Virus record (IMG/VR): IMGVR_UViG_3300027816_000069
Coordinates: 58,351 to 122,350 of that record
Source of the DNA: a virus
Reading direction: 5' to 3' (one strand)
DNA: 64,000 nucleotides
Of this stretch, positions 34,608-43,615 are shown in pieces. The notes under the pieces were generated by a model, which worked only from the letters and a program-made list of their open reading frames with translations, was not told the DNA's origin and did no database searches. Every line of letters begins with the position of its first letter. Position 1 is the stretch's first letter. The position numbers were made by a program, and so were the translations under genes.

Positions 34608-34977
34608 ACACGATGTACACCTAAAATATTTGTGTAAGAAGTGTGGTCAAATTCATTGGCTATCTCTTAAAGAGTCGTCTACCAAACACTTTAAAATTGT
34701 TTGTGACTGTGGTAATATTTTTGGAGTAAAGCGAACATCCAGAATCAAGATTCTGTATTCTAAAGTTTCCAAAACTTCTACAACCACTAAATCACCACCT
34801 ACTTCAACTCCACAACCTATTCCCGACTCTTTATTGTCACAAGGAATTGGTGTGTTGTTGCCCTATGGCTTTACAAAAAAAGAAGCCAGTGAACTGTTAG
34901 AGAAAACGTATATGCTGCATCCTACACAGGATATAGCGTCTTTGGTTAAAGAATCATTATCTTCATTAAGGAACTAA
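34579..34977 (+). CDS. Zn-ribbon plus RuvA domain III-like protein
   Basis: C..C...H and C.CG N-terminus; S/T/P linker; C-terminal GIGVLLPYGFTKKEA..LL...DIASLVKESL resembling RuvA_C; directly upstream of ruvB. Confidence 0.65.
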   Translation: MKKTNQKPIEHDVHLKYLCKKCGQIHWLSLKESSTKHFKIVCDCGNIFGVKRTSRIKILYSKVSKTSTTTKSPPTSTPQPIPDSLLSQGIGVLLPYGFTKKEASELLEKTYMLHPTQDIASLVKESLSSLRN

Positions 34978-34979
34978 TT

Positions 34980-35885
34980 ATGGCAAACTATCTTAGACCA
35001 TCATCTTTTGACGAAGTAATCGGCCAAGGCGATACTATCAACCGTCTAAAAATCATGGTGAGAGGCTGTTTAAAATCTGGAGGGGTGCTACCTCATGTTT
35101 TAATTGACGGGCCTCCTGGCCTTGGTAAAACGACAATAGCGGGTGCTATAGCGAACGAGTTGGGGGTCAACTTGTATACGCTCAATGCGGCCAATATCCG
35201 TAGCATCAAGAACATCCTTCCGTATTTAATGAGCATATCTCCACGATCAGTATTGTTTATTGATGAGATTCATAGACTGCCTAAGATTGTAGAAGAATTT
35301 CTATATCCAATCATGGAGGATTTTGTTCTTAGTATTACTGTGAAAGATGATAATGATAAAGAACAACCAACAACTATTGATCTTCCGGCCTTTACATTGG
35401 TAGGAGCAACAACTAGCGGTGGCAGTTTGAGCCAGCCTTTCTATGATCGTTTTATCATTAAAGAACATCTATCTTTTTATAACCTGAGTGAGTTAGCCAA
35501 ACTAGCAGGATTGACAGCAAACAAACTCGGACTAATGATAGACGACTATAGTCTTGAGCAAATTGCTATGAGGAGTAAAGGTACTCCTAGAATTTTGCAA
35601 AGTAGGTTGCACTGGTATAGGAATTATATCATGTGTGAAAAAGATACTAAGAATGATATTGATGCTATTTTTCAACTACAGGGTATAGATAGTCAGGGAT
35701 TAGATGTATATGATAGATTGTACCTAGATATTTTGCGTAAGGCTAAAGGAAATCCTTTAGGATTGAAAACCATATCTTCTATGACAGGAATAGCCATAGA
35801 GACTATTGAAAATAGTATTGAGCCTTATCTTGTAAGAGCTGGATTTATTCAGCGCACACCAAAAGGAAGAATTATAGTAAAATAG
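34980..35885 (+). CDS. ruvB: Holliday junction branch-migration ATPase RuvB
   Basis: LRP..F....GQ, GPPGLGKTT, LFIDEIHRL, GATT, DRF, GTPR and EPYL...G...RTP.GR. Confidence 0.93.
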   Translation: MANYLRPSSFDEVIGQGDTINRLKIMVRGCLKSGGVLPHVLIDGPPGLGKTTIAGAIANELGVNLYTLNAANIRSIKNILPYLMSISPRSVLFIDEIHRLPKIVEEFLYPIMEDFVLSITVKDDNDKEQPTTIDLPAFTLVGATTSGGSLSQPFYDRFIIKEHLSFYNLSELAKLAGLTANKLGLMIDDYSLEQIAMRSKGTPRILQSRLHWYRNYIMCEKDTKNDIDAIFQLQGIDSQGLDVYDRLYLDILRKAKGNPLGLKTISSMTGIAIETIENSIEPYLVRAGFIQRTPKGRIIVK

Positions 35886-35934
35886 AGACTATATAATAGT
35901 ATTAATAATTCAAAGAATAGCTAAATATAACATA

Positions 35935-35950
35935 TCGGTGTATTATATTA
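35935..35950 (+). promoter_or_regulatory. GGTGTA-class putative late promoter
   Basis: TCGGTGTATTATATTA, intergenic. Confidence 0.5.
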
Positions 35951-35986
35951 TGCGATTTTTGTTTCACGATAATGGAGTATTCCACC

Positions 35987-36729
35987 ATGAAACGCATAAT
36001 ATTACTATGGTTATTTTTGATATGCTCAATTTCTTATGGTGGTACTGGTAGTCCCGACACGCCAGATGATAAATATGTAGATTATGGCAAAAAATTTACA
36101 TCAGTAGTAAGAATTTGTGGTTCATATAAAAATAATCCACAAGAACAATACTGTGGATCAGCGGTGATTATTAGTCCTCACTATATTGTGACTGCTGCTC
36201 ATGTTGTCAGGGGTTCTAGGTCTTGTCATATAGTATTAAATAATAAAAACTATGAAATTACTCAAGTTGTCGCCCACCAAGACTTTGAAAAAGATACTTT
36301 AGATAGTGCTGATATTGCAGTAGGGTATAGTAAGGAACCTATGAACCTAGACTCTTATCCTGAACTTTATACTGAACAAGACGAAAAAAATAAGTCATGT
36401 GCATTATCTGGATTTGGTTTTGCTGGTAATTTTAATAGTGGTGCAACATTTAGTGACGGTGAAAGAAGAGCTGGTACTAATGTAATAGATTATGTAAATA
36501 AGGGGCTATTATTTTGCTCTCCATCAAAACCCCAAGAAAAAAACACAACTAGATTAGAATTTCTAATTGCTAGTGGAGATAGTGGTGGTGGTCTTTTTAT
36601 AGGTAATAAATTAGCTGGTATTCATTCATTTATTTTTGCAGATAAAAACCTAAGTCAGATTATCTTACTGAATCAGCACACACTAGAATTAGTAAGTATG
36701 CGGATTGGATTAAGGAAAACATGAAATGA
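35987..36729 (+). CDS. secreted trypsin-like (S1) serine protease, frameshifted near the C-terminus
   Basis: Signal peptide, TAAH, DIA, GDSGG; the S1 C-terminus HTRISKYADWI is in the -1 frame after the A5 run at 36644-36648. Confidence 0.85.
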
Positions 36730-37667
36730 AACGCAATGATTATTCTCTATTACCATATACTAGACAAGATATATATGGATTATCTCCAAAAGTTAGTCAA
36801 ATTTTAGGGTGGGAAATTATTCAGTTTGATATTGTTGAGCAATGGAAGTATTGTAGTGGTGATGATGTTATTGTGGCGGTGATAGATACTGGTTGTGATT
36901 TAGATCATCCAGATTTATCTAAAAATTTATTACAAGGAATTAATCTTATAGACTCTAAAAAAGACCCAATAGACGATAATGGTCATGGCACTCATGTGTG
37001 TGGCACTATAGGAGCATCTCATAATAGTATAGGCATGGTTGGTGTAGCGCCAAATACCAAAATTTTACCTATAAAAGCATTAGATGGTGCTGGATCTGGT
37101 AGTAATAAAGATATTGCAAGAGGTATAGTTTATGCTGCTGATAGGGGATCGAATTTGATTGCTATGTCTTTAGGTTCTCCAAATTTTTCTCAAGCTCTGT
37201 ATGATGCAATAATTTATGCTACTAAGAAAAATAGTATTATTTTTTGTGCTGCTGGTAATGCTGGAGAAAATACTCCAATCATGTATCCAGCAAAACATAA
37301 AGAGACCATAGCAATAGGCTCTATTGATCGTAACCTGAATAGATCAACATTTACTTGTAAGGGTGAAGAATTAGATTTTTTATGTCCAGGACAAGATATA
37401 TTTAGTTGTGTACCAAATAATACATATGCTATTATGAGTGGAACTAGCATGGCTAATCCATTCGCTGTTGGTTGTGCCTCATTAGTATTGTCTTTTTATA
37501 AATCACAAAAGCAAGAACATAAACTTTCTTCTAAAGAAGACTATATTAATTTATTCAAACAAATGAGTAAGAGTCTGAAAAATAGCAAATATGCGGGAAA
37601 GAAAGAGTATGAAGGATATGGTATAATATACCCAAGTATAGGTAATATTACTGCCCCACCTGCATAA
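36726..37667 (+). CDS. subtilisin-like (S8) peptidase
   Basis: VAVIDTG, HGTH, AAGN and SGTSMA. Confidence 0.92.
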   Translation: MKRNDYSLLPYTRQDIYGLSPKVSQILGWEIIQFDIVEQWKYCSGDDVIVAVIDTGCDLDHPDLSKNLLQGINLIDSKKDPIDDNGHGTHVCGTIGASHNSIGMVGVAPNTKILPIKALDGAGSGSNKDIARGIVYAADRGSNLIAMSLGSPNFSQALYDAIIYATKKNSIIFCAAGNAGENTPIMYPAKHKETIAIGSIDRNLNRSTFTCKGEELDFLCPGQDIFSCVPNNTYAIMSGTSMANPFAVGCASLVLSFYKSQKQEHKLSSKEDYINLFKQMSKSLKNSKYAGKKEYEGYGIIYPSIGNITAPPA

Positions 37668-37714
37668 TTAATAGTAGCAAATCTTTGCCCTGTCAAGTGC
37701 TTATTTTTTAAGTT

Positions 37715-37749
37715 GCCGACTTGACTTCGGGCATGGCAAGTGTTATAAG
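37715..37749 (+). promoter_or_regulatory. sigma70-like promoter with GCCGAC upstream
   Basis: GCCGAC-TTGACT-17 nt-TATAAG, extended TG; weak -10. Confidence 0.45.
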
Positions 37750-37771
37750 TATGTATCAGATGAAACAAACA

Positions 37772-37960
37772 ATGAACTACGACGATAACAATAAACCTAA
37801 CAAAAGAAAAAGAAATCCAGCAAAAAAGAGCACTAAGCACTTTTTTGATGATGATCAATTTCTCAAACAAAAAATCAATAAGGACTTTAAGCAAAGGAAA
37901 AAATCCATCGTAGAAGACGATGATGATTGGAAAAATTGGAATAATGAACAATACGAATAA
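37772..37960 (+). CDS. small charged protein
   Basis: K/R-rich body, acidic/Trp tail. Confidence 0.6.
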   Translation: MNYDDNNKPNKRKRNPAKKSTKHFFDDDQFLKQKINKDFKQRKKSIVEDDDDWKNWNNEQYE

Positions 37961-38696
37961 TATTCATTATGTATTTGGTTTACGTCCAGATTTTGGTGGC
38001 AAACCTTGGTCTTATTGTCATTATTTATCAGTAAAATCTGCTGCTACTATCAATTCAGGCAGTAATATCTATTTCTGGCATGAACATGAGCCAGAAGGAG
38101 AATGGTGGGATAAAAGTAAACAATACCTCATACTAAAACCAATAAAAGCTCCCACATCTATATTTGATAGACCACTATTACACCATGCACATAAGGCGGA
38201 TGTAATTAGGCTATTAGCATTAAAAGAATTTGGTGGAACCTATATTGATAGCGATGTGATTTGTCTCAAGCCATTTGATACAATACAACATTGTGGCTTT
38301 TGGGGAGGCAAGCAGTATGACTATGGATTATGTAATGCGACTATGGGAGGATGTAGTGGGGCCTTATTTATTGATTTATGGTTAGACACATTCAAAACTT
38401 TCAGAAGCCAAGGTTGGGACCAATACTGGGATGAACACGCAGTCAAGATTCCGAGACAACTATCACAAATATATCCTAATTTAGTAACAGTTTTAGATCA
38501 AGAACTTTTTTTCTGGCCCTTTTGTCATCAAATAAAAGATATCTTTGAGAGTGATAAACCCAAATATCTACAAAGATCATATTCAGTACATTTATGGGAA
38601 ACAATATCTTGGAACTGGCTGAGTCAATTAACTCCAGATACTATAAATCGAAATAGTGAATTAGGAATTATTCTACAAGAAAATAATATTATATGA
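37944..38696 (+). CDS. DXD glycosyltransferase (GT32-like)
   Basis: IHY, H.AD..RL..L..FGG.Y.DSD and HLW. Confidence 0.85.
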   Translation: MNNTNNIHYVFGLRPDFGGKPWSYCHYLSVKSAATINSGSNIYFWHEHEPEGEWWDKSKQYLILKPIKAPTSIFDRPLLHHAHKADVIRLLALKEFGGTYIDSDVICLKPFDTIQHCGFWGGKQYDYGLCNATMGGCSGALFIDLWLDTFKTFRSQGWDQYWDEHAVKIPRQLSQIYPNLVTVLDQELFFWPFCHQIKDIFESDKPKYLQRSYSVHLWETISWNWLSQLTPDTINRNSELGIILQENNII

Positions 38697-38926
38697 TACG
38701 CAAAATTAAAACATTCTTGAAATCCTTATTATTTCATATTCATGCTGGTTTACCAAAAAGTAGTCAGGCAGAAATTAATCGCAGATATGATATTTGTATA
38801 AGTTGTGATAGTTTTGACACTGTTCATTCTCAATGCAAACAATGTGGATGTAATATTAATAATAAGAAAATGTTTATGAATAAATTAGCGTGGGCAGACC
38901 AAAAGTGTCCTCTTAATAAGTGGTGA
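38693..38926 (+). CDS. Cys-rich small protein
   Basis: R..IC..C....C..CGC...K.....CP..KW. Confidence 0.75.
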   Translation: MIRKIKTFLKSLLFHIHAGLPKSSQAEINRRYDICISCDSFDTVHSQCKQCGCNINNKKMFMNKLAWADQKCPLNKW

Positions 38927-38929
38927 AAT

Positions 38930-39478
38930 ATGAAAACAGCTCAAACTCAATATCATAAAAGTAAAATTAATTATGTGCGTGGCAATCTATTTGATTATGC
39001 TCATGATTATACCAAACAGGGTAATAGAGGGTGCAGCGTTATAGTACCTCATGTGTGCAATAACTCTAATGCTTTTGGTGCAGGTTTTGCTGGTGTATTA
39101 GGCGACAAATATCCTATAGTTAAAGAAAACTATCACCTTTTAGGTTCAACATTTTTAAAGAATAATCTTGGATATGTGCAGTTTGTTGAGGTTAGTAAAG
39201 ATAATACTTATGGCCACAAACTAATATTTGCGAATATGATTGCTCAGAATGGTTTAATTTCTAAGACTAATCCTAGACCGCTAAATTATTATGCATTATG
39301 CAAAAGCATGAGTAATGTATATCGTTATATTACAACTAACTTTTCTTCTGATAATAAAGTTGAAATTCATGCTCCAAAATTTGGTAGCGGTTTGGCTGGT
39401 GGTAATTGGAAATTTATTGCTGATCTAATAGACGACATATGGTCAAATTATCCAGTATTCGTATATGAGTACAAATGA
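38930..39478 (+). CDS. macro-domain-like protein
   Basis: GNLF, HVCN...FGAGFA, NMIAQ and PKFGSGLAGG.W. Confidence 0.8.
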   Translation: MKTAQTQYHKSKINYVRGNLFDYAHDYTKQGNRGCSVIVPHVCNNSNAFGAGFAGVLGDKYPIVKENYHLLGSTFLKNNLGYVQFVEVSKDNTYGHKLIFANMIAQNGLISKTNPRPLNYYALCKSMSNVYRYITTNFSSDNKVEIHAPKFGSGLAGGNWKFIADLIDDIWSNYPVFVYEYK

Positions 39479-39774
39479 TACCAGATAATATTATTATATA
39501 TCTACTAGTAGTTCTGAATATTATACTGGTGGCTCTTGGGTATTTATTAGGCAGATTACATAATGGTAATACAGACTATGTTTATAGTATCGGTAACAAA
39601 AAGAACAATTCAACAGCACCATCCAAAACACCTATACAAATCAATGAACAAAAATTTGTGACTGATATTAAAACAGACAATATAGAGAAAAAATTTGAAA
39701 CCTTGGGTGATACTAAAACAAGTGAAGAAAACATATCATCAGCAATCAATAAACTAAAGAATATGAAAGGGTGA
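39475..39774 (+). CDS. single-TM membrane protein
   Basis: N-terminal TM helix; C-terminal I..AINKLK.MK helix. Confidence 0.7.
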   Translation: MIPDNIIIYLLVVLNIILVALGYLLGRLHNGNTDYVYSIGNKKNNSTAPSKTPIQINEQKFVTDIKTDNIEKKFETLGDTKTSEENISSAINKLKNMKG

Positions 39775-39778
39775 AATT

Positions 39779-40783
39779 ATGGCAATCGGATTAGACGTTG
39801 GTACAAGTTATATTGTGGCTTCTAGAGAAAATAATGGCAATGTGGAATATAAGGACTTTAGAGACGCTTTTTATATTATTAAGCCAACAACACCAGTAGC
39901 CACCAAAATGATTGAGAAAGGACTATCTGGTAAGATTTTCATTAAGGATAGTGATGGTTCTTTTATTATTCTTGGTAAAGACGCTTTAGAAAAAGCTATA
40001 GAAAGAAATGATACGGCTAAACGCCCAATGTATCGTGGAGTAGTTTCAGCCAAAGAAAAAGACGCTAAAAGAATTCTAGCTTTTATTCTTAAAGAAGTTG
40101 TTGGAACAGCCTCAGAACCCAATGAACCACTAGTTTTCTGCGTTCCTGCACAACCAGTTGATCAAGATGATGAAGATTTTGATGTTGGATATCATGAAGA
40201 TGTAGTAAAGACTGTGCTAGCAGAATGTGGCTATAATGCTCGTGCTATTAATGAAGCAGAAGCTCTGTGTTATGCGGAACTAGAATCCGATGATTATACT
40301 GGCATTGGAATAAGTTGTGGAGCAGGAATGACGAATGTTTGTGTGATGCTTAACGGCGAGCCAACTGTGGTTTTTAGTACCACCAAGAGTGGCGATTGGA
40401 TTGATCGTATGAGTGCCGTAGCCACAGGAGAAACGGACAGTGTTGTTCAGGCTGAAAAAGAGGGCGGCGATTTTAAAATTGGCGAACCAAATGATAATCC
40501 TGTGTTGTCCGCAGTTTCAGCATATTATGAAAGATTAATTGACTATACAACCAAGCAACTATCTGCTGCACTATCTAATCATAAATCATTACCCAAATTT
40601 AAAAATCCCATTAAAATTGTGATTGCTGGGGGAACATCACAAGCAAAAGGATATATTAGTAATTTTCAAATGAAACTGAACGACAATGGTTTTCCATTAC
40701 AAGTTAAAGAAGTGGTTCACGCTAATGATCCACTCCATGCGGTATCGAAGGGTTGTCTGATAGCATCAAAGGCTCTATCATAA
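39779..40783 (+). CDS. actin-like ATPase (MreB/FtsA/MamK superfamily)
   Basis: GLDVGT phosphate-1, INEAEA connect-1, GAGMTN phosphate-2, IAGGTS adenosine, P..AV.KG connect-2. Confidence 0.85.
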   Translation: MAIGLDVGTSYIVASRENNGNVEYKDFRDAFYIIKPTTPVATKMIEKGLSGKIFIKDSDGSFIILGKDALEKAIERNDTAKRPMYRGVVSAKEKDAKRILAFILKEVVGTASEPNEPLVFCVPAQPVDQDDEDFDVGYHEDVVKTVLAECGYNARAINEAEALCYAELESDDYTGIGISCGAGMTNVCVMLNGEPTVVFSTTKSGDWIDRMSAVATGETDSVVQAEKEGGDFKIGEPNDNPVLSAVSAYYERLIDYTTKQLSAALSNHKSLPKFKNPIKIVIAGGTSQAKGYISNFQMKLNDNGFPLQVKEVVHANDPLHAVSKGCLIASKALS

Positions 40784-40917
40784 TGACAGAGATCTTATTA
40801 ATATTTTTTATAGTTTTGGGTTTGAGTGTTGGTATTTTAGATTCGTTTCGTAAACTAGAAAATAATACAACTATTATTAAGCATTCTAGCATATTTAATT
40901 ACTGGCTAGGGAAATAA
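40783..40917 (+). CDS. small membrane protein (not in ORF track)
   Basis: 44 aa with N-terminal TM; TAATG coupling. Confidence 0.45.
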   Translation: MTEILLIFFIVLGLSVGILDSFRKLENNTTIIKHSSIFNYWLGK

Positions 40918-40918
40918 A

Positions 40919-41779
40919 ATGACTGATATAGAACAAATCATACTTGTAACAAAACCATATCAAGAATCTTACGAAGAGAAAGTAAGATCAGGACAACAAT
41001 TTTTATCTAATCAAAATATAATATTTACAGGACTTGTGAGAGATGCTGAAACTGTTTTAGAAAAGAATATTTCTAAACTTGAGAATTTTGCTCGGAAATA
41101 CTGCCATAGCTATAAAATAGTTTTATATGAAAATGATTCTATTGACAATACAAAAAATATACTAAAAACTTTATCTATTCAGAATCCAAACATACATATC
41201 ATATTAGAGACTTTGTCAAGACCTAAGTTTGGCCCAGTGAAAGACAAAAGTAGAACAGAAGCACTAGCCGAATATCGTAATAAATGTCAATCATTGATTA
41301 AGTCTCAATATCCTGATACAGATTTTATTATAACAATAGATTTGGATTTTCAAGACTTTAGCGAAAATGGTTTATTTAATTCTTTTGGTTGGCTACAAGA
41401 AAATGCTGATATAGGAGGTATGTCAGGTAATAGTTTTGCATTAAGGTCACTTTTTAATCAGTCGCAAGCTTTATGGAATTATGATAGTTGGGCTTATCGT
41501 GGATCGTGGTGGGAAGATACCACACGATTTAACAATTCACCTTATCAAACTTATGATAGTTCATTATGGTTTGGATTATGGCTACCACCAAGAGGATCAA
41601 CGCCATTTAAAGTTAATAGTGCATTTGGTGGATCTTGTATATATCGCTCAAAATATTATTTTAATGGAATTTATGGTGGACAAGATTGTGAGCACGTAGT
41701 ATTCCATTATAATTTATATCAACAAAATAATTTTAATTTATATCTAAATCCATCACAAATTATGCTATTATCAATGTAA
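40919..41779 (+). CDS. GT-A glycosyltransferase
   Basis: ENDS.D.T, LA.YRN, DLD, SAFGG and CEHV. Confidence 0.8.
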   Translation: MTDIEQIILVTKPYQESYEEKVRSGQQFLSNQNIIFTGLVRDAETVLEKNISKLENFARKYCHSYKIVLYENDSIDNTKNILKTLSIQNPNIHIILETLSRPKFGPVKDKSRTEALAEYRNKCQSLIKSQYPDTDFIITIDLDFQDFSENGLFNSFGWLQENADIGGMSGNSFALRSLFNQSQALWNYDSWAYRGSWWEDTTRFNNSPYQTYDSSLWFGLWLPPRGSTPFKVNSAFGGSCIYRSKYYFNGIYGGQDCEHVVFHYNLYQQNNFNLYLNPSQIMLLSM

Positions 41780-41797
41780 ATCAATACGGAACATAAA

Positions 41798-42157
41798 ATG
41801 TTTGTTATAAAAAAATGGGGTTATGAATTTTGGATTGAAAATAATAATAAATATTGTGGTAAACATTTACATATAATACCAACCAGATTTTGCTCGGCAC
41901 ATTATCATAAAAATAAACAAGAGACATTTTATGTCATAAATGGTGAATTATTATTAGAATACTCATCAGATCAAAGTATAGAAACTTGGCAATATGGGGT
42001 TAAACATAAAAAGATATTGAAGTCAGGCGATTCTTTTACTATCATGCCAAATATTGTACACAGATTTTCTAGTAATCTTAATACCCCTTGTGATTTTATA
42101 GAAATTTCTACATATCATAGTGATGATGATGTTTATAGGATTATAGAAAGTTTCTAA
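41798..42157 (+). CDS. cupin sugar isomerase-like protein
   Basis: K.WG.E, S.HYH..K.ETF, H.F and EIST. Confidence 0.8.
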   Translation: MFVIKKWGYEFWIENNNKYCGKHLHIIPTRFCSAHYHKNKQETFYVINGELLLEYSSDQSIETWQYGVKHKKILKSGDSFTIMPNIVHRFSSNLNTPCDFIEISTYHSDDDVYRIIESF

Positions 42158-42450
42158 TGATCTATTATATAGATATCGATAATACTATATGTCATACCAT
42201 TGATAGTAATTATTGGAGGGCTAAGCCCCTAAAAGATAGAATTACTAAAATCAATAATCTCTTCCATGCGGGACACACAATAATATATTGGTCTGCTAGA
42301 GGATCACATTCTGGTAAAGATTGGTATGATTTTACAGATCAGCAACTTAATGACTGGGGATGCCTAAGACATAAGCTAGTTCTACAAAAGCCAGCATATG
42401 ATATATTTATTGATGATAAAGTTATAAATACAAAGGACTTCTTTGAATAA
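42157..42450 (+). CDS. short HAD phosphatase (capsule-biosynthesis type)
   Basis: DIDNT, SARG, KP and IDDK. Confidence 0.8.
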   Translation: MIYYIDIDNTICHTIDSNYWRAKPLKDRITKINNLFHAGHTIIYWSARGSHSGKDWYDFTDQQLNDWGCLRHKLVLQKPAYDIFIDDKVINTKDFFE

Positions 42451-43217
42451 TGAAACATATAGCAGTTATTGGAGAAGTATGTACTGATGAATATATATTT
42501 GGTCAATGTGATAGAGTGTGTCCAGAAGCTCCATCATTATGCTTTAATCACAATAATAAGAAACATACAAATGTAGGTATGGCTGGTAATGTTTATAGTA
42601 ATTTAGTGTCGCTCAATAACAATAGTTATCTATTTAATATAGATTTAATAGCACCAGTATCGGACATTATAAAAAGAAGATTTGTAGATACTAGATATAA
42701 CAGTGTAGTATTTAGAGAAGATATTAATGATAGTGTATCAAAAATAGATTTACATAAATATGTTTTTAATCAGTATGATTGTATTGTTTTTGCGGATTAT
42801 TGCAAGGGCTTTTTATTAGAATCAGATATACAATATATTTGTGAACAAAAAAAGAATACTTGTATTACGTTTTTAGATACTAAAAAACAACTTAAAAGTC
42901 TAGCTCCTTATATTAATTTCATAAAAATTAATCATCTTGAATACAAGAATAATATGCAATATTTAGATATTATTACTGAATATGCAAAATTAATAGTGAC
43001 ATACGGCGAAGAAGGAGCAAAAGCATTTACAAAAACAGATGTCAAACACTATCCTTCTAAGAAAGTAATTTTAAGAGACGTTTGTGGTGCTGGTGATACA
43101 TTTTTAGCAGCATTAGTATTTAATTATTTGGATACAAATAATATAGATATGGCTATAAATTTTGCTAATACTTGCGCATCAAAAGTAGTCTCACAAGTTG
43201 GTGTGGCTACTATATGA
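42450..43217 (+). CDS. HldA/RfaE1-like heptose-7-phosphate kinase (PfkB)
   Basis: D.Y..G...R..PEAP, G.AGNV, DY.KG and DV.GAGDTF. Confidence 0.85.
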   Translation: MKHIAVIGEVCTDEYIFGQCDRVCPEAPSLCFNHNNKKHTNVGMAGNVYSNLVSLNNNSYLFNIDLIAPVSDIIKRRFVDTRYNSVVFREDINDSVSKIDLHKYVFNQYDCIVFADYCKGFLLESDIQYICEQKKNTCITFLDTKKQLKSLAPYINFIKINHLEYKNNMQYLDIITEYAKLIVTYGEEGAKAFTKTDVKHYPSKKVILRDVCGAGDTFLAALVFNYLDTNNIDMAINFANTCASKVVSQVGVATI

Positions 43218-43615
43218 CAACAGTTTGGACGAATGGATGTTTCGATATCCTACATATAGGACATATCGAATTGTTTAAATACGCTAGATCTTTAGGGGAT
43301 CAACTAATTGTTGGTATTGATAGTGATAATAGGGTTCGATCCCTAAAAGGCACATCTCGACCAATTAATAATCAAGAATATAGAAAACAACTATTAAATA
43401 GTATTAAATATATAGATAATGTTGTGATTTTTAATTCTGATACTGAACTAAAGGAAAATATTAAGATATTTCATGTTGATATGATAGTTATTGGTGATGA
43501 TTATAAAGATCGATATGTAATAGGATCTGAATTAGTGAAGAATATAATTTTTATGCCAAAAATTTTAAATATATCAACCACATCTATTTTAGAAAGAATA
43601 CATTCAGATGCATGA
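43214..43615 (+). CDS. HldC/RfaE2-like heptose-1-phosphate nucleotidyltransferase
   Basis: TNGCFDILH.GH, KG..RPIN, G.DY and STT. Confidence 0.85.
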   Translation: MTTVWTNGCFDILHIGHIELFKYARSLGDQLIVGIDSDNRVRSLKGTSRPINNQEYRKQLLNSIKYIDNVVIFNSDTELKENIKIFHVDMIVIGDDYKDRYVIGSELVKNIIFMPKILNISTTSILERIHSDA

